Assembly: GCA_964580745.1 (NCBI GenBank)
Contig: CAZOKS010000002.1
Span: forward strand, 1-33,820
DNA length: 33,820 nt
Source of the DNA: an uncultured Methanosarcinales archaeon
GTDB lineage: Archaea; Nanobdellota; Nanobdellia; Woesearchaeales; UBA119
Reading direction: 5' to 3'
Part shown: piece after piece, positions 15,601-21,918 of the stretch
How the letters are laid out: every line of letters begins with the position of its first letter
How positions within the stretch are numbered: position 1 is the first letter of the stretch
Made by a program: the position numbers and the translations under genes
The notes under the pieces: model-generated
Database searches by the model: none
Seen by the model: the letters and a program-made list of their open reading frames with translations, nothing else
Told to the model about the DNA's origin: nothing

Positions 15601-16744
15601 TTTCGCCAGGACCCACATTCGGCCCAAAATCCGGTCCCACATTTTGTTCCGCGGGCGGGCTGTCATACTCTTTCTGCTCGACCTCCAGCTCCATGATAAT
15701 ATTATGCATGGTTGAATTGCCTTCCGGAATCGTGATATTGCTTTCATATACCTGATAGTTCTCCTTTATCGCGATTATCTGCGTCTCGCCCGCCCGCGTT
15801 GTCAGATTGTAAAAACCCTTCTCATCCGTAACCGTGGATTTTGGGCCGGATGTTATCAGCACATTCTCTAATGGATTCCCGCTTATATCAGTTACAATTC
15901 CATAAACTATTCCTTTTACATATGGTTCTTCTTGCCCCGAAATACAAACATTTGTAGGGTCTATGAAAACATAGTATTTTGTGGTTTGATTGTTGTGAAC
16001 AGGCAGGAGAAACTGGTAGTTGTAGTATCGATTGGTAAACCCCTTAACTAATCTCTCATTCAAGATGGTAACCACGACAGGATTCCCATTGCTGTCCTTC
16101 AAAAGGCCTGTTTTGAATGTGCCCTCTTCAGTGCCACTTCCTACTTTGGTTGTCGCAGCAGGTATGTTGTTGATGGTTTTGGAGCCAATCTCTATGCTCA
16201 TTGTCCCGGTAAAGGTATTGGAAGCAGAATCATAGTCATCTGGGTTCGAATTTATGAAGGCATTAACCTCGGCAGGAGACATTGGAACAAGGTCTTGCAC
16301 AACTATTTCTTCAGGAGGTACGGTAGATGCAAACAATAGGTTGTCTTTTCCTTCTTCTACACAATCAAAGAACATATTGGCTTCTTCTGTTCCCCCCGGC
16401 TCAAATGTGTATTCCCATGGCTGAGAAAAACCAACGCCAAATGCAGCACCGTATAAGGCAACCCAGTTGTATGTTGGTCTTGTGTATATAAGATTCATAT
16501 TATAGATATAACCGCCTCGCCCTTCATGATATATTATAAAACCGGTTATTCCTTCACGCCCTAAAAAAGAGGCTGTGATTAGGATTATTGCGCATACAAC
16601 AAGAGATATGATTATCGCCCAGTTCCTTTTACTATCCCTTTTCCTTTTATCTCTTTCATCTAGGAATTTCTCAAGGGCAGGCTCTCTTTCTATGAGATGT
16701 TCAATATCCTTATTTATCTGCTGCGGTTTTTTTATCCCAACCAC
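12635..16744 (-). CDS. Two-TM membrane protein (1369 aa): large ectodomain, cytoplasmic HerA/FtsK-superfamily P-loop ATPase, low-complexity linker and two conserved tail modules
   Basis: GTG start at 16744, directly after an in-frame TAG.
- Basic N-terminus.
- TM1 at aa 42-62 (16559-16621).
- Ectodomain with a carboxypeptidase-regulatory-like beta-sandwich (GIVYGIVTDISGNPLENVLITSG..TDEKGFYNL, about 15690-15930).
- TM2 at aa 618-638 (14831-14893).
- Walker A GSTGGGKS (14648-14671).
- Walker B LCLVYDE (14279-14299).
- Further context: VIVFDPTAQW, MLISQ, NTEIQMRTRD.
- Coiled coil, then a K/E/D/G-rich linker (about 12888-13295).
- Tail modules at about 13296-13560 and 12638-12887. Confidence 0.9.
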   Translation of the reverse strand: MVGIKKPQQINKDIEHLIEREPALEKFLDERDKRKRDSKRNWAIIISLVVCAIILITASFLGREGITGFIIYHEGRGGYIYNMNLIYTRPTYNWVALYGAAFGVGFSQPWEYTFEPGGTEEANMFFDCVEEGKDNLLFASTVPPEEIVVQDLVPMSPAEVNAFINSNPDDYDSASNTFTGTMSIEIGSKTINNIPAATTKVGSGTEEGTFKTGLLKDSNGNPVVVTILNERLVKGFTNRYYNYQFLLPVHNNQTTKYYVFIDPTNVCISGQEEPYVKGIVYGIVTDISGNPLENVLITSGPKSTVTDEKGFYNLTTRAGETQIIAIKENYQVYESNITIPEGNSTMHNIIMELEVEQKEYDSPPAEQNVGPDFGPNVGPGEIPYRKERPSEIEGKEFWISVNKIYKKIRLAEFAQEVIHIQSFKNKGIQLQFNITGDVKKITMMDKRGTFIGAKDLDDLTLTFFGNSTPGVYNGTLNITGGINTTIPIIIEILGKEKSPVQAMLMEISVPEKNYYPGSFVRFKNSLTNLLTDQQYPVQLVYTIQNINGNETLWTHQTNVFLRTSLSIIKNYELPPDLPTGEYIIRASASYLDLTSSTSAVFTVTEPFYQHLLFGKIRVWQAILMGIGLALLIFGIFMLRKEIEAKKKYHLKVEYSQLPKPGPDTIYVGKIAETNNRTYFKIENFKTHTIVAGSTGGGKSFAAQVIIEELLDKDVAVIVFDPTAQWTGFLRKLENKGLLNLYSGFGMKPNDAKAFKGNIREITDAKEIINIKKYMKPGEIQVFALHKLDPKDIDVFVANTVREVFHEGFDESQELRLCLVYDEVHRLLSKFGGSGEGFIQIERACREFRKWGIGVMLISQVLADFVGQIKANINTEIQMRTRDEGDLERIKTKYGDEVLKSLVKASVGTGMVQNSAYNRGRPYFVTFKPIKHSVERLSDEEIEKYNEYNDIIDQMQFELEQLEQLDQDVFDLKLELKLALDKVKAGGFNMAKIYLDGLKPRVEKLWKKLGKKPKKLERPKVSEEEMRRELEKAKKEREKIEAEQKKGDEEGKKKEGESEKSVTERFNRDVKPENMLKLNNGMLVVNPRDLYAEIEAMKDSDFKFHVNDEKNDFADWIRNAVGDDELADLLDETKDRKEILELLDKRSKGEKLPKKEKGKDDKKKNESKEDDGKDGEDGKGEENGEDRKEGKDDEESDTVSEEKGDEGENNENREDRKEEKDGGKEKGEEDRENKEEGKEREEKEGKSNNKEAGEEGEGNVDETTKEKNKDDTLESPESKNNLEGLLNKKAPKGKEFRFSDGKVASNLKELKEILKDMPDETFRKYVNEEKHDFSNWIKYSLEDEEFAERIGNLMKKDKLVEALSNGPGNE
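15959..16468 (-). other. Ectodomain segment (aa 93-262) of the ATPase protein carrying the unnamed module shared with the giant adhesin and the small secreted proteins
   Basis: TYNWVALYGAAFG...NLLFAS...DDYDSASNTFTGT.SIEIGSKTINNIP...GTFKTGLLKDSNGNPVVVTILNERLVKGFTNRYYNYQFLLPVHNNQTTKYYVFIDP. Compare FKTGILWDFSDGG..VIFLTVVNKSQQGYNETRDFEIRIPA..FYTEIK at the giant C-terminus. Confidence 0.6.
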
Positions 16745-16933
16745 CTATATAGTTTTCTTATCTTGTTTTAATGTTGTTTTGAGCGAAGTTTGGTTGCTGT
16801 TTTTGTGATTTTTTCCCCTTTTTCTTTGATTATATTCTATTTTGTTTTGCATGCGCTTTTTGTATGACTTTTTTCAAATTCCAATTAATGCTGTTTTTTT
16901 TATTTTCTTCATTTGGCTGTTTCTTTTATTTGG

Positions 16934-19900
16934 CTATTCGATGCTTTGGTTGTTGAGTATCTTAAGCAGGTCTTCTACCTCTTCCTTCAATTCTTTCTTA
17001 TCAGCATCATTTAAGAGGTCATAGGCTTCATTCAATTCCCTCATCCTTTCAATTTTGTCAATCTGTTTATCATCTCTTATCTCTTCTGCTGTTTTGTCTA
17101 TCATTTTTAAGAGATATGCTTTATTGATTTTGTCATGAATGCTAAGGGCTTCTTCATAAGCATCTTCTTTGATTCTCTGAGGCATCTTTTCATAAATCAA
17201 TTTAATTTCCTTGAACACCATGTTTGCTCTTTCCAAATTTCCTTCCTGAAGATAATCCAGAGCATCGTTTATCAAGGACCTTATCTGAGCCAATTGTTTT
17301 TTCTTTCTGCGTTTGGCAACGCTCAATATATTTTCTCCAACCTCAGTTGAAAATATTAGGTAAATGGCTATTACTACTGATACAAGGATTATGCCAAATA
17401 TAGGAGAGGTGAAATCAACATCAGGCAAAGAGAACGCTCCTGTTATCAAATTCCCTCCTTTATCAGTGGAGATTAGATTCTCTGAGAATACAATAGTTTG
17501 TGATTCTTTTATGCTCTCAAAATCTTTAAATTCATCAGTATAATAGATTATTTTATCCTTTAATTCGAATTTTACTAGCGGGTCTTTCTTTATTGTTTCC
17601 TGGCTGCTCACAAAAGTTATGGCATTTGTTGTTTCTGCGAAGCCTTTTGAGATGTTCTCTAATATAAAAACGCGAGTATGGTCCGCTCCTGAATAAGTGA
17701 TTACTTTTTCTACCAGCGTAATCTCTTCTGTATGGTTGTCAAGGAATTGGAGTGTTACATGGCTTGCCTTTGTTTCTACAGAAAGTTTGTTTTGGAGTTC
17801 CTTTAGTTTCTCTTCATCAACTTTTCCTAAAATTCCTTTCTCTTTAATATATTGGTTTGCTATACTAACCAGTTCTTGTTGTTTTGGGTAACTAACATAG
17901 CTCTCTGTTTTTTCTACCTTTAGAGTAGAAATTGTGTTTTTCTCCAACTCTTTTAACTCAGCCTGATATTCCTCAGCTTTCTTTTTCTTTTCGTCATTGC
18001 TTAGGTCTTTTCGGTATTGAAGATTGTTCAAATCCCTTATCTTTCTTTCGAATGTCTGGAGGGTCCTTTCCAGGTCTTGTTTTACTGATAACGCTTCGGC
18101 CGCTGATTTTGATTGTAGGTCAAGTCCGTTTAGGTTTTCAAATCCTTCTTCTATCTTTGTTCTTAAAGAGCCTGCATCTATGCTTCCATCTGTTTGCTCT
18201 TCTTTTGAACTCTTTTCTGTATCTGACTGCTGAACAGATGCAGTATTGTCCTTTTCCACCTCAAAGCTCGCAATCTCTGATGAGAATGTGTCATTCCCTG
18301 AATCACATTCAATCTTCCATTCATACTTTCCCTTATCTAGGGTTTTGGTTAGCTCTGCTACATAGTTTTCTTCTACATCGAAACTTTTAATCTCTTCAAA
18401 CCAATCAGATTTACTTGGTTTTAGGAAAATGGTACATTCTGCATCTTCTGCACTGCTCACGCTTGCTAAGAAAGTTATATCTTGGTAATCAAATGAGCTT
18501 TCATCTTTCGGCTGGAACAGGACTATTTGGTTGAGCTTCTCTCTTAAAGAGTTATCCAATTGAAGAACCACATCTATAGTCTGCTTCTCTTTGACTTCTA
18601 TAGCCCTTCTGTATGCTTCGTAATCCTTTTTCTCCACCCTTAAGGTATGCTCTCCAAGAGGCACCTTCAGCTTAATTTCACCATTATCTTTCGTATATCC
18701 GCTTCTGTCTCCGAAGTCCACATAGGCAGATTCGATAGCTTTGCCATTAGAGTCCTTAACTCTGATTGTGATTTCTCTCCAATCATCCACATCAACAGCA
18801 ATCTGCTTGGTTTTAGAGTTTCCTTCACTATCCTTAACCTCAAGAGTAATGCCATAATTTCCTTTTTCATCATATTTTATCTCCAGGTTTTTGTCTTCAA
18901 TTCTAGTTCCGTTCTCTAAAATCCATGAGTAGTGATAGCCGGGAATTCCTCCAGATGCGCTTGCTTCAAGCTCAAGTTCTTCCCCAACAAGAACATCTAG
19001 TTTTCCTTCAATCTCAATCTGCAGGTTATTTGAAACAACAAAGCTCTTTCCTATTTTATATGTTTTGTTTTGGTGGCTGATTGTTGCATTTATTGAATAT
19101 TCTCCCGTTGTGTTTAAACTTCCCAATGACTTTATCAGGGGGTATGTTTCTTTATTTAGAGTGTAAATATTGGAGCAGGTTATCCAGGTTTGTCCTGCCA
19201 TATACTCCGGCCCGCAAAACTCAATGTTGGCATTTGAACCATTCGGAGCTGTTATCTTGAAATATCCTTCCTCTCCTATTGTATAATTCTCCTTATTAAG
19301 CTCGAGTGAGAATACCAGCGGCAGAACCCCAATTTCCTTTTCAATCCTTTTTTCTTCGTAATTTTCAGAACCATTATATACTATTTCTATAAGGTATTCC
19401 CCCTTTTCAGAAAAGGTATGATTAACTGAAATGCTTTCTGAGGATACATAAGAATCATTGATTATTGAGCCATTGATTAGAAGGTATATCTTTCCTTCAG
19501 GGTTATTATTCTTGGCGTTAATCTCTATACTATCTCCTTCATATATGATGTTTTCAGAAATAGAAAACTCTATGTTTGGCTCAGCCCTCTTAACCTCAAA
19601 CTTAAATGTGGGAGTTGAATAAGTTTCATCTAACACATCTAACAGAAAAGATAGACTCCAAGTATAATTTCCCGAAGGAATTTCAGGAGTGGTGCAGGAA
19701 AAGTTATAAAGATTATCATCTGTTATTGTATTATAACTATATGTCCACTCAATATCTTCATTAATTGCTTCTCCATCTGGACCTATTGGTCCGTTTGGTT
19801 CTCCTCCATTGGAAATATTCCATACGCTCCATAATACAAATTTTTTATTAGGTTCATAAATAAAGCTTGAACCATCTTCTGGTCCGTACTTGTCAATCCA

Positions 19901-20131
19901 TTCTGCTGTTGGTTCGTTGTTTGTTTCGGGGTTGTTTGTTGTTTCATTGGTTTTAATTGTTTTTGCTGATTCATTGGTTTCATTGGTTTCATTTGTTGGG
20001 TCTAAGGTATCAGCCCCTATAACTATGTCCATTTCAATGGCAAAGCCCACAGCAAATACCGCAGCAATCAGCAATATCATTATGCTGGTATTAAAGATAT
20101 CCCAAAACCCAAATCTCCTCTCCTTTTTCAT
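16934..20131 (-). CDS. Bitopic surface protein (1065 aa): Ig/PKD-like and carboxypeptidase-regulatory-like domains, extracellular coiled coil, C-terminal TM and helical cytoplasmic tail
   Basis: Domain order:
- N-terminal signal/anchor (IMILLIAAVFAVGFAI).
- PKD-like GGIPGYHYSWILENGTRIEDKNLEIKYDEKGNYGITLEVKDSEGN (about 18790-18985).
- ITIRVKDSNGKAIESAYVDFGDRSGYTKDNGEIKLKV (about 18565-18775).
- One Ig repeat like those of the giant protein (KYEWKIECDSGND).
- Coiled coil.
- Juxtamembrane TIVFSENL...ITGA.
- TM PIFGIILVSVVIAIYLIFS (about 17345-17405).
- ~136-aa helical tail.
The start overlaps the upstream RHH stop as ATGA. Confidence 0.9.
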   Translation of the reverse strand: MKKERRFGFWDIFNTSIMILLIAAVFAVGFAIEMDIVIGADTLDPTNETNETNESAKTIKTNETTNNPETNNEPTAEWIDKYGPEDGSSFIYEPNKKFVLWSVWNISNGGEPNGPIGPDGEAINEDIEWTYSYNTITDDNLYNFSCTTPEIPSGNYTWSLSFLLDVLDETYSTPTFKFEVKRAEPNIEFSISENIIYEGDSIEINAKNNNPEGKIYLLINGSIINDSYVSSESISVNHTFSEKGEYLIEIVYNGSENYEEKRIEKEIGVLPLVFSLELNKENYTIGEEGYFKITAPNGSNANIEFCGPEYMAGQTWITCSNIYTLNKETYPLIKSLGSLNTTGEYSINATISHQNKTYKIGKSFVVSNNLQIEIEGKLDVLVGEELELEASASGGIPGYHYSWILENGTRIEDKNLEIKYDEKGNYGITLEVKDSEGNSKTKQIAVDVDDWREITIRVKDSNGKAIESAYVDFGDRSGYTKDNGEIKLKVPLGEHTLRVEKKDYEAYRRAIEVKEKQTIDVVLQLDNSLREKLNQIVLFQPKDESSFDYQDITFLASVSSAEDAECTIFLKPSKSDWFEEIKSFDVEENYVAELTKTLDKGKYEWKIECDSGNDTFSSEIASFEVEKDNTASVQQSDTEKSSKEEQTDGSIDAGSLRTKIEEGFENLNGLDLQSKSAAEALSVKQDLERTLQTFERKIRDLNNLQYRKDLSNDEKKKKAEEYQAELKELEKNTISTLKVEKTESYVSYPKQQELVSIANQYIKEKGILGKVDEEKLKELQNKLSVETKASHVTLQFLDNHTEEITLVEKVITYSGADHTRVFILENISKGFAETTNAITFVSSQETIKKDPLVKFELKDKIIYYTDEFKDFESIKESQTIVFSENLISTDKGGNLITGAFSLPDVDFTSPIFGIILVSVVIAIYLIFSTEVGENILSVAKRRKKKQLAQIRSLINDALDYLQEGNLERANMVFKEIKLIYEKMPQRIKEDAYEEALSIHDKINKAYLLKMIDKTAEEIRDDKQIDKIERMRELNEAYDLLNDADKKELKEEVEDLLKILNNQSIE

Positions 20132-20394
20132 TTTAAAGTCCTCAACGATTCTTTCAACTCTTTGAGTAATTGTTCGTTTCTTTCCAACATCGCTTCTAAT
20201 TCCTTTGCTTTTTTGGATGTGTTTTCGCGCTTTTTTGGAGTAAGAAGCCTTCGTTCTTTATCTTCGAGGAATCTCTTGTTTAAGACCGCCCTAATCTGTT
20301 CTGAAATATCCATATAAAAGTTCTTCTCGCTTAATGATTTCAATCTTCTTGCTAATCCAGCGGGCATTCTTATGCTAACTAAAGTGTCATTCAT
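20128..20394 (-). CDS. Ribbon-helix-helix DNA-binding protein with coiled-coil C-terminal extension (88 aa)
   Basis: LVSIRMPAGLARRLKSLSEKNFYMDISEQIRAVLNKRF fits the RHH strand plus two helices. There are ATGA overlaps with both neighbours (20391-20394 and 20128-20131). Confidence 0.8.
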   Translation of the reverse strand: MNDTLVSIRMPAGLARRLKSLSEKNFYMDISEQIRAVLNKRFLEDKERRLLTPKKRENTSKKAKELEAMLERNEQLLKELKESLRTLK

Positions 20395-20582
20395 TTCAGC
20401 GCCTCCTCTTCTTTTCTTATTCTTTTGTCATCCTTGTTATTACTTTCTTCCAACACATATTCTCTAAGGAAAGCCCTTATTGCTTCAGAACGAGATTTGA
20501 ACAAACCTTCTTTGATTAAATCATCTAACCAATTCACAATTTTTCTTGGAATTCTGACATTAACTGTTTCTATCTTAACCAT
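20391..20582 (-). CDS. Ribbon-helix-helix (CopG family-like) DNA-binding protein (63 aa)
   Basis: VNVRIPRKIVNWLDDLIKEGLFKSRSEAIRAFLREYV is a textbook CopG/NikR-N-terminal-type RHH pattern. It is the first gene of the minus-strand train. Confidence 0.85.
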   Translation of the reverse strand: MVKIETVNVRIPRKIVNWLDDLIKEGLFKSRSEAIRAFLREYVLEESNNKDDKRIRKEEEALK

Positions 20583-20604
20583 TCTGTTTCAACAAATACT
20601 TGTT

Positions 20605-20637
20605 TTGTATGCGTTATGTATGCTTTATGTATTTTAA
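20605..20637. promoter_or_regulatory. Three tandem 11-bp units (TTGTATGCGTT / ATGTATGCTTT / ATGTATTTTAA); candidate RHH operator overlapping the minus-strand promoter
   Basis: Read directly. (T/A)TGTAT begins at 20605, 20616 and 20627, one helical turn apart, 23-55 nt upstream of ATG 20582. A TTTAAAA/TTTTAAA TATA-like element lies at 20633-20639. Confidence 0.45.
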
Positions 20638-20700
20638 ATGTTGCATTTTGTAACTTTTTGTATGTTTTATATAATCTTAAAAGCATTTTTTGTAGTTGTC

Positions 20701-20717
20701 ATGTAAACGTCATGTAT
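20701..20717. promoter_or_regulatory. Second phased pair GTCATGTA-N3-GTCATGTA in the divergent intergenic region
   Basis: GTCATGTA occurs at 20698-20705 and 20709-20716, again with 11-bp spacing and the same ATGTA core as the 20605-20637 units. Confidence 0.35.
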
Positions 20718-20800
20718 CTTTTTTATGGATTCCCCTATTTAAAACTTTTGTTTCTTGCTGAATAATTTTTTAGGTCTTTTTCTGACATTTAACAACAAAG

Positions 20801-20808
20801 TTTAAAAA
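20801..20808 (+). promoter_or_regulatory. TATA-like box TTTAAAAA upstream of the ABC ATPase gene
   Basis: Located 25-32 nt upstream of ATG 20833. This spacing would give a leaderless or near-leaderless archaeal transcript. Confidence 0.35.
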
Positions 20809-20832
20809 CTGATTAGCCATATTAATGCAGAC

Positions 20833-21816
20833 ATGACTCACCCTATACTGAAAGTGCAAGGTTTGAGAAAGGCCTTTAGAAAACTTTTAGTTCTAAAAGG
20901 CGTTTCTTTCTCTCTTGATGAAGGAGAGGTTTTTGGGATCATTGGAGAAAGCGGCGCTGGAAAAACTACTTTACTTAGCTGTATTATTGGACTTCTTAAG
21001 CCAGACAAAGGTGATGTTAAGTATTTAGTTCAGAGAAAGCGATTCCCAAATTATGAAAAACAGGAATTCCGTTCGGTCTTCAAACACAGGAAGGATTTCA
21101 AGGATTTCTTTGGTTTTGCTGCCCAGACCCCCAGCTTTTATGATAAAATGACTGTTTACGAAAATCTGATGTATTTTGGAAAACTGTATAAGCTTTCCAA
21201 GAGCACATTAAAATCAAATATTGATACCCTTTTGGAGCTTATGTCTCTCTCTAAATTCAAGGATGTTTTAGGTTGTAATCTTTCGGGTGGGATGAGAAGA
21301 AGATTGGATATTGCTTGCGCACTCATCCACAACCCGAAACTCCTAATCTTGGATGAACCAACATCCGATTTAGATCCTTTGCTTACAGAGAAGATATGGA
21401 CTCTTGTCAGGAAGGTAAATAAGGCAGGCACGACCATTCTTCTTTCCAGTCATTCGGTAAATGACCTTGAGCGGGTATGCTCTAAGGTGGCTCTTCTTGA
21501 GAAAGGGAAGATAAAAGAAAGTGGTTCCCCTGCTGAGTTAAGGGAGATGTTTTCTAGAGGTCATAAAATAATCCTGAGAACTAGGGAAGGGAACTACCAG
21601 CCCTTACTCAAAAAAGTTGGGGAACGGTTCAGGCAAAATATACTTATGAAGGATGTGAATGAATATCATAATGGGATCGTGGAGGCGGTCTTTATATGCA
21701 AGGATCCTCTTAAGATAATGAATTATATTAAAAAGCAGATAGAAGAGGACGATGACGAAATAATTGAGCTGAAACTCAAGAATCCCTCCTTAGACCAGGC
21801 TTTCCTTAAGGAGTAA
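20833..21816 (+). CDS. ABC transporter ATP-binding protein (327 aa)
   Basis: Walker A GESGAGKTT (from 20944), ABC signature LSGGMRRRL, Walker B LLILDEPTSDLD, H-loop LSSHS. There is an extra ~100-aa C-terminal domain. Confidence 0.93.
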   Translation: MTHPILKVQGLRKAFRKLLVLKGVSFSLDEGEVFGIIGESGAGKTTLLSCIIGLLKPDKGDVKYLVQRKRFPNYEKQEFRSVFKHRKDFKDFFGFAAQTPSFYDKMTVYENLMYFGKLYKLSKSTLKSNIDTLLELMSLSKFKDVLGCNLSGGMRRRLDIACALIHNPKLLILDEPTSDLDPLLTEKIWTLVRKVNKAGTTILLSSHSVNDLERVCSKVALLEKGKIKESGSPAELREMFSRGHKIILRTREGNYQPLLKKVGERFRQNILMKDVNEYHNGIVEAVFICKDPLKIMNYIKKQIEEDDDEIIELKLKNPSLDQAFLKE

Positions 21817-21918
21817 AACAGAAGAATATAGGAATAGATGTGGAGTAAAAAGATGTGAGGTAAAAAGACCTACTAAATACTAATAATGAATGAACTAATA
21901 AAGAATAGCTGATGAAGA

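Noticed and set aside
20128-20582. RHH pair as a toxin-antitoxin module
   Set aside because: Both products look like RHH DNA-binding proteins. No RelE/ParE/VapC/HicA-like toxin follows; the downstream gene is a 1065-aa surface protein.
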